From positions 192,001 through 256,000 of the forward strand of contig CBDFLQ010000007.1 in NCBI GenBank assembly GCA_965249275.1: DNA of 64,000 nt, read 5' to 3'. This DNA comes from Dehalococcoidia bacterium (lineage in GTDB: Bacteria > Chloroflexota > Dehalococcoidia > Plut-88900). Both the position numbers and the translations under genes were made by a program. The notes beneath the pieces are model-generated. The model was given only the letters and a program-made list of their open reading frames with translations. It did no database searches and was not told the DNA's origin. This document shows, one piece after another, positions 1-10,712 of this stretch. Position 1 is the first letter of the stretch; every line of letters starts with the position of its first letter.

Positions 1-843
1 TTTCGAGCCCCAACTCACGTCGGCGATGGCCTGCTCATAGGTCTCGGAGACGTAGGTGGGTCTGACGATGCAGAGCTTCTCCCCGAAAGGAACTTCGCGG
101 TTCTGGGACTGAGACAGCGCCTCGTTGTGGGTGGTCCAGGCCTCCTTAATCTTGCCGATGGATATGGACTGGCAAAAGACGCCCATGCCGCGGCTTCCAG
201 CGAACCTGTGGGAACCGGGGGAGTCGGCCATTTGCCAGATAGGGGGGTGGGGTTTCTGGAAGGGCTTGGGGTAGACGCCCATAGCCTTCAGCTCGCCGTC
301 AGGGCCGTGGTAGTCGGGATTCTGGACCATGGGGTTGGACTCTATCCAGCCGGGGACGGGGAACTTGTAGAACCTGCCCTCGTGCTGGAAGGCTTCCTGG
401 GTCCAGGCTCCGGTGATGACGTCTAGGGACTCGGCGAAGAGGGCGTAGTTGGACTCCTGGTTGCGCCTGTCGGCGTTGAGGTTGAACTGGATGGAGGCCC
501 GGGTGTCGATGCCCCGGGCGATACCGAAGTCGACGCGGCCCTTGGTGAACTGGTCCATGAGGGCGATGTCCTCAGCGACGCGGAGGGGGTGCCAGTCTGG
601 CAGGACAACGCCGCACTGTCCGAACCTGAGTCTGTCGCTGAGGCGGGACAGTTTTGTGCCCAAGAGGATCGGGTTGGGAGCGGAGTTGTACCAGCCATCC
701 CAGGCGAAGTGGTGTTCGGCCATCCAGAAGGTGGTGAAGCCGGCCTGGTCGGCGAATTTGACCTGGGTCTCGGCTTCGTCGACTATCTTTTCCCACGGGT
801 AGGCCTCGCCTACGTGGGTGTAGAGGGTGATGTCAAAGCGCAT
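1..843 (-). CDS. LLM-class flavin-dependent oxidoreductase (3' end truncated by window edge)
   Basis: Manual translation from ATG at 843: MRFDITLYTH...GFTTFWMAEHHF...PDWHPLRVAEDIALMDQFTKGRVDFGIARG...PKPFQKPHPPIW, typical luciferase-like motifs; not in the ORF track because it runs off the edge. Confidence 0.9.
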   Translation of the reverse strand, partial: MRFDITLYTHVGEAYPWEKIVDEAETQVKFADQAGFTTFWMAEHHFAWDGWYNSAPNPILLGTKLSRLSDRLRFGQCGVVLPDWHPLRVAEDIALMDQFTKGRVDFGIARGIDTRASIQFNLNADRRNQESNYALFAESLDVITGAWTQEAFQHEGRFYKFPVPGWIESNPMVQNPDYHGPDGELKAMGVYPKPFQKPHPPIWQMADSPGSHRFAGSRGMGVFCQSISIGKIKEAWTTHNEALSQSQNREVPFGEKLCIVRPTYVSETYEQAIADVSWGSK

Positions 844-957
844 GGATGGTCTCGGAGGATTGTGGGTGGTTTTGCATGGCTGCTGAGTGTATGGGGAGTG
901 TATCTTTGGGGTGGGGTGGCGTCAACGGGGGTGTCGGAGGCATAGACGTGATCCCCG

Positions 958-996
958 CCCCGCTCATACTTCAACGGGCTCAGCACGAGCGGCCCC
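958..996. repeat. REP-like palindrome, family CCGCTCATACTTCGAC..GCTCAGCACGAGCGG
   Basis: Same motif at about 9362, 20547, 21690-22010 (x4), 24374, 29936. Confidence 0.8.
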
Positions 997-1087
997 TCCC
1001 CCACCCCGCTCGACCCTTCGACTTGGCTTCCGCCTCAGCGGATCTGCGACAGGGTGGGCGGCCACTCCACCCCAGGGCAACCACTAG

Positions 1088-1219
1088 GAGCCTGTCTCAT
1101 AAGTCCGTTAGACACAGCCCGATTGGATATTCTTGACCAATGCGACGGGTGCCGTAGGCACGAATCCAAGTCGTATAAGAGCGGGAAGAGGGGCATGGGG
1201 CGACTTTTGAGACAGGCTC
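1088..1219. mobile_element. MITE (IS5-family-like ends), 132 bp
   Basis: TIRs GAGCCTGTCTCATAAGTC / GACTTTTGAGACAGGCTC, flanked by CTAG on both sides (1084-1087, 1220-1223); no transposase. Confidence 0.8.
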
Positions 1220-1309
1220 CTAGGGATTGTCCCCCTACAGGGGAGGGAGCCCGGCCCCTCCCGGGGATGGATTCCGGCTCGGGGGCCGGAATGACGGGGG
1301 GGGGTGGGG

Positions 1310-2188
1310 TTAGGAGAGGGCGGAGGTGATTTCGTTGTACTCCCTGAAGGCGTCCAGGTGCTTGGCTACGGAGTCGAAGCCGCAATGCATGGTCTCCAGG
1401 TAGAACTTTGATGCGCCGATCTCCTGCCAGCCTCTGACGTAGTCGGCGACGTCTGTCATGGGAACGGCTTCGAGATTGATCTGGACGGCGATGGCAATGT
1501 CCGAGGGGTCTCGGCCTGCTTCTCTAGCTGCCTCGTGGATCACTTGGATCTTCTGCTTGGCGTTGCCGGGTTGGTCGGTGGTGGGGAACCATGCGTCGCC
1601 AAGACGGCCGGTCCGCTTCAAAACGGGATTGGAGTCGCCCCCGATCCATAGCGGGATGGGCTGCTGGACAGGGAAGGGTTTGAGGCCTGCCTGTCTGATG
1701 GTGTGCCAGCGGCCCTGGTAGTTGACTACCTTCTTTGTCCAGAGTGCCCGCATCACGTCGATCTGTTCCTCGATGCGCTTGCCGCGGTTGTGGAAATCCT
1801 CGCCGAGGGCCTCGAACTCAACGGGGTTCCAACCAACTGCTATGCCGAGCACCAGACGGCCACCACTCAATACGTCTATCGCTGCCGCTTGTTTGGCCAC
1901 CAAGGTGGTCTGGCGTTGAGGCAGGATGACTATGCCGGTGATGAGCTTGATGCGCTGGGTGATGGCGGCGGCCCAACCCAGGAGCACGAAAATCTCGTGG
2001 AAGTTGCTGTCTATGTCGTAGAAGAAGTTGATGCCGCTGTTCTTGTAGAAGTCCGTGTTGGCGCCGAGGACGTGGTCATATACGACCAGGCCCTCGAAGC
2101 CCATCTGCTCGGTGGCCTGGATTAGCTCTTTGGCGTCCTTAGGGTCCGGGCCGATCTCAGTTTGTGGGAAGACTACTCCGAAATCCAT
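1310..2188 (-). CDS. LLM-class (probably F420-dependent) oxidoreductase
   Basis: MDFGVVFPQTEIG...YDHVLG...ILPQRQTTLVAKQAAAIDVLSGGRLVLGIAVGWNPVEF. Confidence 0.9.
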   Translation of the reverse strand: MDFGVVFPQTEIGPDPKDAKELIQATEQMGFEGLVVYDHVLGANTDFYKNSGINFFYDIDSNFHEIFVLLGWAAAITQRIKLITGIVILPQRQTTLVAKQAAAIDVLSGGRLVLGIAVGWNPVEFEALGEDFHNRGKRIEEQIDVMRALWTKKVVNYQGRWHTIRQAGLKPFPVQQPIPLWIGGDSNPVLKRTGRLGDAWFPTTDQPGNAKQKIQVIHEAAREAGRDPSDIAIAVQINLEAVPMTDVADYVRGWQEIGASKFYLETMHCGFDSVAKHLDAFREYNEITSALS

Positions 2189-2216
2189 GTCATCCTCCTA
2201 GGCGATGCAACTACGA

Positions 2217-3263
2217 TCATTTTCTGCCTGTAAGTATGAAGCGGGTGGGGAGGGGATGTTCTGGGGCTTTGACGTCCCGGAAGCCTGCGGAGTTTAGAAG
2301 GCTCCGCAACTCGCCCTGGGTAATCATACCGCAACCGACCAGGCCCTCGTGGAGCTGGACGCCGGCCATCATCTGGTATGCGGGGTTGCCACGGTAGTCC
2401 TTTGGTGAATCAGGATAAGGAAGTTCAGATACGACGACGACGCCCCCGGGACGAAGGGCTCGGTGGGCGCGGGAGAGGACGTTACGGTAGGAGTCGGGGC
2501 CACCGACCTCATGGAGTGTGACGTTCATGGTGACTACGTCGAAAGCGGAGTCGTAGTCCATGGCGTTGGCGTCGGCTTGGATTACCCGGGCGTTGTCACC
2601 GGATTCGGAGTCGGCGAGAGTTTGGGCGGCGAGGACAGCGCTGGGGGCGTCGTATTCGATGCCGAGTACTCGGGCCTTGGGGAAACGCTTTACATAGTGT
2701 ACGACCCCGTATCCTGCTCCAGAGCCAATGTCCAGAATGTCGATGTCCACGGCCGCCGGGTCGTCAGTATTCATGACTTGCGGGAGGACAGCGTCGGTGA
2801 TGACGGCGTAGTCGGGCTTGGTCATGTTCTTCAGAGCTTCGAGGAGCCAGGGATCGTGCTCGCTTCTGGGCCATACGCCGCCTGAGGGCAGGTATTTGGG
2901 GAAAGCGTGAAAGTCCTGGTGGAGGGCGGCGTTGAACTGGATCCTGCCTCCGAGGAAGAGGGGGTCGGTGGGATTCAGGAGGAGGGAGCCCATATGGGGT
3001 GCGAGTCGATAACCAGAGACCTCATCCCAGTCCAACATCTCGAAGGCGTAGGCGGCGCGGCACCAGATGCCGACGTAGCGGGGCGAGAAGCCGAGGGTCT
3101 CGGCGAGGGCATCTTCGGTCGTGCCTGGGGAGCCGGCCTCGGAGATGGCCTTAAACAGCCCCGCCTTCAGGCCGATATCGGTGATCCAGGTGGCCTGATA
3201 GCCGAGAATGTAGTCGACCAGCTTGTGCCAGGCGGCTTCCTTTGTGGGTTGCTGGGGTTTCAT
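2217..3263 (-). CDS. Class I SAM-dependent methyltransferase with N-terminal winged helix (Rv2258c-like)
   Basis: ILDIGSGAG motif I; N-terminal IGLKAGLF...LAETLG..RYV..W; start taken at ATG 3263. Confidence 0.85.
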   Translation of the reverse strand: MKPQQPTKEAAWHKLVDYILGYQATWITDIGLKAGLFKAISEAGSPGTTEDALAETLGFSPRYVGIWCRAAYAFEMLDWDEVSGYRLAPHMGSLLLNPTDPLFLGGRIQFNAALHQDFHAFPKYLPSGGVWPRSEHDPWLLEALKNMTKPDYAVITDAVLPQVMNTDDPAAVDIDILDIGSGAGYGVVHYVKRFPKARVLGIEYDAPSAVLAAQTLADSESGDNARVIQADANAMDYDSAFDVVTMNVTLHEVGGPDSYRNVLSRAHRALRPGGVVVVSELPYPDSPKDYRGNPAYQMMAGVQLHEGLVGCGMITQGELRSLLNSAGFRDVKAPEHPLPTRFILTGRK

Positions 3264-3353
3264 TGGCTGTCGAGGGGTGTGGTAGTCGATTGAACAAATC
3301 GGGCTGACGGGTAATAATACCCCGAAATCCAGCACGCAAGGCAAGGACTAGAC

Positions 3354-6300
3354 ATGTTCAAAATCGGAATCGACGTAGGGGGTACTTTCACCGACCTGGT
3401 GGTCACGAGACCGAGAGAAGCGCCCCGGTTGTACAAGACCCCCTCCACTCCGCAGGACCCCTCCGAGGGCGTCATGAACGGTCTGCTGGACGTGGCCCAA
3501 GACTATGGGCTGGGAATCACTGAACTGCTGTCCGGCACGTCGATGATCATTCACGGCACCACTGTGGCCACCAACACGCTGGTGGAGCGGAAGGGGGCCA
3601 AGGTGGGGCTGATCACCACGGGCGGGTTCAGAGACCTGCTGGAGATGCGGGAGGGGATGAAGGAGGACAGGTACAACCTGAGGATGAAGCAGATGGAGGC
3701 CCTGGTGCCTCGCTACCTGCGGATCGGGGTGCCGGAGCGTACTCGGGCAGATGGGTCGATAAAGAGGGAATTGGACGAGGCGGCGGTGGCGGAGGCTGTG
3801 AAAGGAATGCTGGAAGAGGGAGTCGAGGGGCTGGCGGTATGCTTCCTATTCTCGTATCTCAACCCGGAGCACGAGCGTCGGGTGGGTGAAATCATCGAGA
3901 GCCTTGCCCCGGGGCTGTACACGTCGCTTTCTCACGAGATCCTGCCGCAGATCAAGGAGTTCGACAGGCTGAGCACGACGGTGGTGAACTCGTATGTCGG
4001 GCCGGTCTTCGGAAGGTACTTGACCCGTCTAAATGAGCGGTTGGCAGCGTTCAGCGATTCCAACGATATCCTGATAATGCAGTCCAACGGCGGCGTGACA
4101 CCCATTGATGATGCGAAGAACCAGGCGGTGAAGGCGATCCTGTCGGGGCCGGCGGGGGGCGTGGCCGGGGCCAAGAGCTTCGGCGACCTGGTTGGAGAGG
4201 CCAACCTCATCGGATTCGATATGGGAGGCACCAGCACCGACATATCCCTGATAGAAGACGGCGTTCCTCATGTGACGACGGAGCAGTTCGAGGCTGGGTG
4301 GAAGATTGCGGTGCCGATGATCGACATTCACACCCTCGGGGCGGGGGGCGGAAGTATAGCGCGGGTCGATCCCGGGGGGATTTTGAGAGTTGGACCGGAG
4401 AGCGCGGGCGCCGAACCGGGCCCCGCCTGCTACGGCAAGGGCGGCGACAAGCCAACGGTAGCGGACTCCAACCTCGTGCTCGGGTTCCTTTCGGAGACGA
4501 ATTTCCTGGGTGGACGGGAGTCTTTGGACAAGGCCAAGGCAGAGGAGGCATTAGATAAAGAACTTGTCGGGCTGGGGATGTCGACGGTGGAGGCTGCGTT
4601 CGGGGTACATCAAGTTGTATCGACGAACATGGCGGAGGGGATACGGCTGCTGGCGGCGAGACGGGGTGTCGATCCACGGGACTTCTCATTGCTGGCCTTC
4701 GGGGGGTCGGCGGGGCTGCACGTAAGCGAGATGGCCCGTCAGCTACATATCGAGAGGATATATGTGCCATCCACGGCACCGGTGCAGTCTGCCTACGGAA
4801 TGCTCTCGACGGACCTCCGGTACGACTTCTCGCTGTCGCACCCGGTCAGCCTGGACAGCATCGACCTGGGGGAGGTGCGTAGGTTATCGGCCGAGATGGG
4901 AGAGAGGGGCAAAAACAGGCTGAGGGAGCAGGGTGTGTCGGACGAGGATATCAGCGTGTCGGTGTCTGCGGACATGCGGTACCTGGACCAGATATTTGAG
5001 GTCAACGTGCCGGTGCCGGACCTGACGCAGGATGACTCGGCGATATTGGAACAGTTGTCGGCGAACCTTCACAGGCGGTACCAGGAGCTGTACTCCTATC
5101 AGCAGTCGGACCAGGAGGTCAGGCTGGTGACGCTGCGGGCGTCGGTGTTTGGGGCCCTTGACCCGGTGGACTTGCCCAAGTCTGAGGGCAAGGGAAGGCT
5201 AGAGGATGCGCTGAAGGGTAAACGGAGCGTATACCTCGATGGGTGGGCAGATGTCCCGGTCTACGACATGGACAAGCTGCCCGCATCGTGGGAGATGGAG
5301 GGGCCGGCGATCGTGGAGTCGGATTTCACGACGATTTTGCTTCAACCTGGGGACAGGGCAGTGGCCGACGGCTACGGCGGCATGAGGATGCAGGTGGCTA
5401 TAGAAGAGGACGAGGTAGAGACCGACAAGGGTGAGGGTGTCAAGCCGGACCCGATCACCGTTGCCGTGGTTGAGAGCCGGTTGAACACCATTGCGCTGGA
5501 GATGGCGGAGGTGATGATCCGGACGTCGATGTCGCAGATCCTGAACTCCAGCCGGGACTTTTCGACGGCGATAATCGATGCGGACTGCCAGCTAGTGGCC
5601 CAGGGCGAGGGAATTCCAGTGCACATAAGCGCGTTACCCCTGGCTGCGGCAGCGGTCAAGCAGTATTTCGGAGATCGGATATACGATGGGGACATGTTTG
5701 CCCTGAACGATCCGTATTTCGGGGGAAGCCACATACCAGACATAACTGTCATCCAACCGATCTTCTATGAAGGCAAGCTCCGGTTCTTCGCTGTGAACCG
5801 CGCCCATCACAGCGATGTCGGCGGGGCGACGCACGGCGGGTACAACCCCTCGGCCAGTGAGATATACCAGGAGGGTATACGCATACCACCCCTGAAGCTG
5901 ATCGAGAGGGGAGTTGCCAGAGACGACGTGCTGCACATGCTCTCGGCGAACGTGCGTCACCCGGAGAACTTCCTCGGGGACTTCCAGGCGCAGTTTGGGT
6001 CGGTGAGGATAGCGGCTCGGCGGATCATTGCCATGCTGGAACGATATGGCGCAGAGGGGCTGAGTCGGGCAGTAGACGAGATCCTGCACGGGACTGAGGT
6101 GCAGGTGAGGGAAATGATCTCCAACTGGCCCGACGGCGTGTACAAGGGTGAATCGTTCATCGATGACGACGGTTTCGATGCCAAGATGGTGCCGATCCGG
6201 GCGACGGTGACCATTGCCGGGGACAGTATGACCATCGACCTGAGCGAGTCGAGCAAACAGGTCACGGGATTCATAAACAGCGCATATGCGAACACCAGGT

Positions 6301-7079
6301 CTTTGTCCCACGTATCGCTGATGTACATGGCGCCCTTTGACGTGGCGAGGAACGAGGGGTCGATGAGACCCATCACCGTGATCGCTCCGAAGGGACTGAT
6401 CGTGAATCCGTACCCGCCGGCCCCTGTGACGATGAGCACCAACCACTGCGGCGAAGAGATAGTCGAGGCGGTCTTCCGGGCCATGGTAAATGCCGTGCCC
6501 GACGCGGTGACCGCCGGGTTCTCCCGCCGCTTGAGGTACGCGATAACAGGCGAAGACCCCAAGACCGGCAGGAGGTTCATCTGGCACTTCTTCCTCGGGC
6601 GTGGGGGAGGGGGGGCGTCCGATGGGTTCGACGGGTGGTCGAACGTCGGGGAGATCAACGTGGCAGGGGGCATCAGGAGCCCCAGCGTGGAGGTTACCGA
6701 GGAGCGGTTTCCCTTCTTCATACCCCGCTACGAACTGCTGCCCGATTCCGCGGGGGATGGGCGGTGGAGGGGCGGTCTCGGGAGCGTGGTGGAGCTTGTC
6801 TATGAGGGGGAACCTGGAGCCAGGATGAACACGGCTGGAGACGGGATTGTTAACCCGCCTTTCGGGCTGCTGGGAGGCCGTCCGGGTTGGGCCCATCGAT
6901 ACAGCATCGTGTCGGAAGACGGCGGGGAGAGGGTGCTCCGTTCGAAGGAGACGGGTGTGCCGGTAAAGCCGGGAGACACGATACTTTGCTACGCGGCGGG
7001 GGGTGGGGGATACGGAGACCCGGCCCTGCGCGACGAGGACATAAGGGAACAGGACCTTAGGAATGGCTACTGTACATAA
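3354..7079 (+). CDS. Fused hydantoinase A/B (5-oxoprolinase-like) protein
   Basis: IGIDVGGTFTD, HGTTVATN, DMGGTSTD, then B-domain SRDFSTAI, NDPYFGGSHIPD, GGGGYGDP; 1241 aa. Confidence 0.92.
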   Translation: MFKIGIDVGGTFTDLVVTRPREAPRLYKTPSTPQDPSEGVMNGLLDVAQDYGLGITELLSGTSMIIHGTTVATNTLVERKGAKVGLITTGGFRDLLEMREGMKEDRYNLRMKQMEALVPRYLRIGVPERTRADGSIKRELDEAAVAEAVKGMLEEGVEGLAVCFLFSYLNPEHERRVGEIIESLAPGLYTSLSHEILPQIKEFDRLSTTVVNSYVGPVFGRYLTRLNERLAAFSDSNDILIMQSNGGVTPIDDAKNQAVKAILSGPAGGVAGAKSFGDLVGEANLIGFDMGGTSTDISLIEDGVPHVTTEQFEAGWKIAVPMIDIHTLGAGGGSIARVDPGGILRVGPESAGAEPGPACYGKGGDKPTVADSNLVLGFLSETNFLGGRESLDKAKAEEALDKELVGLGMSTVEAAFGVHQVVSTNMAEGIRLLAARRGVDPRDFSLLAFGGSAGLHVSEMARQLHIERIYVPSTAPVQSAYGMLSTDLRYDFSLSHPVSLDSIDLGEVRRLSAEMGERGKNRLREQGVSDEDISVSVSADMRYLDQIFEVNVPVPDLTQDDSAILEQLSANLHRRYQELYSYQQSDQEVRLVTLRASVFGALDPVDLPKSEGKGRLEDALKGKRSVYLDGWADVPVYDMDKLPASWEMEGPAIVESDFTTILLQPGDRAVADGYGGMRMQVAIEEDEVETDKGEGVKPDPITVAVVESRLNTIALEMAEVMIRTSMSQILNSSRDFSTAIIDADCQLVAQGEGIPVHISALPLAAAAVKQYFGDRIYDGDMFALNDPYFGGSHIPDITVIQPIFYEGKLRFFAVNRAHHSDVGGATHGGYNPSASEIYQEGIRIPPLKLIERGVARDDVLHMLSANVRHPENFLGDFQAQFGSVRIAARRIIAMLERYGAEGLSRAVDEILHGTEVQVREMISNWPDGVYKGESFIDDDGFDAKMVPIRATVTIAGDSMTIDLSESSKQVTGFINSAYANTRSLSHVSLMYMAPFDVARNEGSMRPITVIAPKGLIVNPYPPAPVTMSTNHCGEEIVEAVFRAMVNAVPDAVTAGFSRRLRYAITGEDPKTGRRFIWHFFLGRGGGGASDGFDGWSNVGEINVAGGIRSPSVEVTEERFPFFIPRYELLPDSAGDGRWRGGLGSVVELVYEGEPGARMNTAGDGIVNPPFGLLGGRPGWAHRYSIVSEDGGERVLRSKETGVPVKPGDTILCYAAGGGGYGDPALRDEDIREQDLRNGYCT

Positions 7080-8313
7080 CGGTAATAAAGACAAGAGCGG
7101 GAACACTTACGACCTGGTAGTGGTCGGTGCGGGAATCGCGGGGGCGAGTCTCGCCGTCTCTATGGCGAGAGCCGGGTATGGCGTACTGCTGGTCGAGGCG
7201 ACCACGGAGTTCAGGGACAGGGTCAGGGGGGAGTTCATCTTCCCGTGGGGCGTGGTCGAGGCGACAGCCTTGGGAATCTACGACGACATAGTCGGGGCGG
7301 GGGGACATCGGGTCCTGTGGCTGGATATGTACGGAGGCCCGAAGCGGATGTTCCACGGCGACTTGGTGAACGACACGGGCGCCGGTGTATCGGCGCTTAC
7401 GTTCTACCACCCGACGCTGCAGAAGAGTTTGATAGAGGCGGCAATTAGGGCAGGGGTTACGGTGTTGCGGGGAAGTCGGGTGAAGGAGTTGGAGAGGCAG
7501 GGTGGTGTGCTAACGGTGCGAGTCGATGGGGATAACTCCGAGAAGGTGAATTGCAGGATGCTGGTTGGGGCGGATGGCCGGGCCTCGCAGACCCGGGCAC
7601 TGGGCGGCTTTCAAGTGAACAAGGACCCGGAATCGAACCTCGTGGCCGGGCTGCTCTTCGACGACATGGGTGTCGCCGACGATGCAGCGCACCACTGGGC
7701 CAACCCCAATGCGGGGCTGGCGGCCATACTGTTTCCACAAGGCCTGGGTCGGGTGCGGGCCTACTTATGCCATCGATGGGATGCAGGTTATAGACTCAGC
7801 GGCGCGAAAGACGAAGAACGCTTCATCGAGGGGTTCCTGTCAACGGGCGCGCCGGAGGACGTATTTACGGGGGCGAGGCCTACGGGGCCTCTTGCCACTT
7901 TCGATGGGGCGCACGCGTGGGTCGATCACCCCTTTAAGGACGGTATTGCGTTAATCGGGGATGCGGCCTCGACGGGGGACCCGACGTGGGGACAAGGGCT
8001 TTCGACTAGTTTGCGGGATGCCCGGTTGTTGAGGGATGCTTTGGTCTCGAATCAGGATTGGGAGCAGGCGGGGCATTCGTATTCCGCTGCTCATGACGCG
8101 TTCTATGCGATCAACCACACTTTCGAGGTCTGGACGTCCCATCTGCTGATGGACCCCAAGTCTCGGGACCTGCGGGCCCGGGTGGTGCCCAAGATGAAGC
8201 TGGACCCCTTTGGACACCTCCACGCGTTCTACCTCGGGCCTGACAGGGCTCTCGACGAGCAGGCGCGTATCAATTTCTTCGCTGAGGTGGAGGATGTAAG
8301 TGTTCCGGGCTAG
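7063..8313 (+). CDS. FAD-dependent monooxygenase/oxidoreductase
   Basis: VVGAGIAG, GADGRAS, LIGDAA..DP..GQG motifs. Confidence 0.88.
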   Translation: MATVHNGNKDKSGNTYDLVVVGAGIAGASLAVSMARAGYGVLLVEATTEFRDRVRGEFIFPWGVVEATALGIYDDIVGAGGHRVLWLDMYGGPKRMFHGDLVNDTGAGVSALTFYHPTLQKSLIEAAIRAGVTVLRGSRVKELERQGGVLTVRVDGDNSEKVNCRMLVGADGRASQTRALGGFQVNKDPESNLVAGLLFDDMGVADDAAHHWANPNAGLAAILFPQGLGRVRAYLCHRWDAGYRLSGAKDEERFIEGFLSTGAPEDVFTGARPTGPLATFDGAHAWVDHPFKDGIALIGDAASTGDPTWGQGLSTSLRDARLLRDALVSNQDWEQAGHSYSAAHDAFYAINHTFEVWTSHLLMDPKSRDLRARVVPKMKLDPFGHLHAFYLGPDRALDEQARINFFAEVEDVSVPG

Positions 8314-8447
8314 GGATCTCTGCATACTCACCTTGCGGACAAATATTGAGGTGGAAGTGAGTTGCATTCCTAGTCGGGAATCCCCAACCCTAGATTCCCG
8401 ATTTCTCGGGAATGCCGGTTACATAAAAGCCCCATATATTGGGAATA

Positions 8448-9212
8448 ATGACCGCAAATAACCTGCAACGAACCTACCTGGACGGCCGGCATTACGATCT
8501 GGCCTATGGCAACTTTACGGAAGACGTCGATTTCTGGGTCGGGCAGGCGAGGCGTTATGGCGGGCCGGTCCTGGAGTTAGCTTGCGGTGCGGGTCGGATC
8601 GCGATACCGCTGGCCCACGAAGGGTTTGATGTGACGGGTATCGACCTTGCGGAGTCGATGCTGGAGCAGGCGGGGAGGAACTCCTCGGAGGAGGGGCTGG
8701 ACGTCGAGTGGGTGAAGGCAGATATGCGGTACTTTGACCTTGGGAAGACCTTTCCCCTAATCATCTGCCCATCCCAGAGCATCTCCCGTATGCTGACCAT
8801 TGAGGACCTGGAGGAGTGCCTGTCCCGGGTGAAGGAGCATCTAGCGCCGGGGGGTCTGTTCATAATGGAGCTGTATAACCCCTCGATGGAGATTCTGAAT
8901 CGGGGGGAGGGGGAGAGGTCGCCCTTCCTGGAATACGAACACCCCGACGGCGATGGAATAGTGCGGGTAGACTTCAGCAGCGTCTACGATACCGCGACCC
9001 AGGTGCAGCACCTGATGCTCCACTACTCGCTGCTCGGCGTGGAAGAGCAGCCGGCCGAGCAGATTAGCATTCGGATGTACTTCCCGCTGGAGCTGGAGGC
9101 TCTGCTCAAGTACAACGGGTTCGAGGTGCGGGCCAAGTATGGGGATTTTGAGTGCAAGTCTTTCGAGTCGGGGGATAATCACCAGATTCTGGTGTGTGGG
9201 GTGGGTGGGTAG
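8448..9212 (+). CDS. Class I SAM-dependent methyltransferase
   Basis: VLELACGAGR, GIDLAESML, ADMR.FDL. Confidence 0.9.
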   Translation: MTANNLQRTYLDGRHYDLAYGNFTEDVDFWVGQARRYGGPVLELACGAGRIAIPLAHEGFDVTGIDLAESMLEQAGRNSSEEGLDVEWVKADMRYFDLGKTFPLIICPSQSISRMLTIEDLEECLSRVKEHLAPGGLFIMELYNPSMEILNRGEGERSPFLEYEHPDGDGIVRVDFSSVYDTATQVQHLMLHYSLLGVEEQPAEQISIRMYFPLELEALLKYNGFEVRAKYGDFECKSFESGDNHQILVCGVGG

Positions 9213-9464
9213 GGCTTGAGCAGTTGCGCACTACTACCTTTGCTCCATCAATACAGGCGTACTCTTCACTTGGCATCTGATATCACCCTCACCGATCGAG
9301 GGGTCTTTGCGTAACTGCACAACAAGCCTCATTTGCTATTCTGATCGGCGTTTCCCCTCCACCGCTCATACTTCGACGGGGCTCAGCACGAGCGGCCCCG
9401 GCCGCTCCTGGACAGATTATGCAAAAGGGGCTTGTTGGGGGAGAGGGGATAGAGAAAGCGAGTA

Positions 9465-10712
9465 ATGACGGTAGATTCACAGGGCCTCGGCGTAGAGACT
9501 GAGGAGAAGATTGGGTTTCGGTGGGTGGTCTTAACTCACTTGGGGCTGGCCAATGGGACCGTGGTCCTGTTCGTATTGTCGCTGGGGGTTATGCTCCCCT
9601 CTATCTCCAAAGACCTTGGACTTTCTCCTACCATGCAGGGATTGCTGGGGTCGTCGGCGCTGTTCGGGAACCTCGTATTGGCGCTGCCGTTGAGTATCGT
9701 GCTGTCGCGGTACAGCGGGAGGATAGTCCTGCTGGGGGCGCTTGTTGCCATGAGCGTGTTCGGGGTCGGGCAGGCATGGGCGCCGGTGTTTGCAATATTG
9801 CTGATAAGCCGGTGGCTGTTCGGGCAGGCTGCCGCCGCGATGCATCCGGCGCGTACGCTGCTCATAAACCAGTGGTTCCCGAGGCGCGAGATCATCTTCG
9901 CCAATGGCTTATTCAACGGAACCTACGGCATCGCAGCTTTGATGGCCCTGGGGCTTCTTCCCTTTGTCCTGGAATGGCTGGATGGCAATTGGCGGTTGGT
10001 CATCCTGATAAGCTCACTGCCGATATTCGTATTTACAATCGCGTGGGCGGTGCAGGGCCGACGCCAGGGAGCGGCGGCGTCGGCGGCCCTGGGGGGTAAA
10101 GAGTCCCTCAACTTAGGCAAAACCCTCGGGCGGCACCGTGTTTTGTGGGTGGTAGGGCTGGGGATGATGGGCCTGAACCTGACGTGGAGTTCGCTGATCA
10201 CCTTTTGGCCCACACTGCTGCTGGAAGAGTACGGTTTTTCCGTCAAGACATCCGGGCAGATGTTTGCGATGGCGGCGATGTTGGAGGGCGCCGGGAGCGT
10301 GGCGGTCGGGTATTTCGTGGCTAAGTGGGCTCACAGGGACTTTATGGGCCCATCCATTGCGGTATTGGGGACATTGGTCTGTGTGGGCTCGGTGGGGATG
10401 GCCTGGACGGGAAACCTGCCGTTACTTATCATTTTCGCTCTCATGCACGGAATCGGGTTTTCCCTGGTCCCCTTTGTCTGGACGCTGCCCTACAGGCTCC
10501 CAGGTTTCGGGGCACGGGACATAGCCGTAGGCATAGGCTTCATCGAGACGTGCCTACTTGCCGGAGGGGCTATCGGCCCGGCCCTTACGGGCTTTCTGCA
10601 GGACTCGACCGGAGACTTGCGGCTGGCGATGATCATCACCTGCTCGTTCTCGGCGGCGATAGCCGTGTCCGGGGTCCTGGTGACCGCCAACGGATTCAGG
10701 CGGAAGAGCTAG
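9465..10712 (+). CDS. MFS transporter
   Basis: About 12 hydrophobic segments, 415 aa. Confidence 0.85.
   Translation: MTVDSQGLGVETEEKIGFRWVVLTHLGLANGTVVLFVLSLGVMLPSISKDLGLSPTMQGLLGSSALFGNLVLALPLSIVLSRYSGRIVLLGALVAMSVFGVGQAWAPVFAILLISRWLFGQAAAAMHPARTLLINQWFPRREIIFANGLFNGTYGIAALMALGLLPFVLEWLDGNWRLVILISSLPIFVFTIAWAVQGRRQGAAASAALGGKESLNLGKTLGRHRVLWVVGLGMMGLNLTWSSLITFWPTLLLEEYGFSVKTSGQMFAMAAMLEGAGSVAVGYFVAKWAHRDFMGPSIAVLGTLVCVGSVGMAWTGNLPLLIIFALMHGIGFSLVPFVWTLPYRLPGFGARDIAVGIGFIETCLLAGGAIGPALTGFLQDSTGDLRLAMIITCSFSAAIAVSGVLVTANGFRRKS

Noticed and set aside
5634-7106. Long antisense ORF (490 aa), and similar ones at 15360, 20659, 32254 and 60564
   Set aside because: Shadow frames of well-supported genes in high-GC DNA
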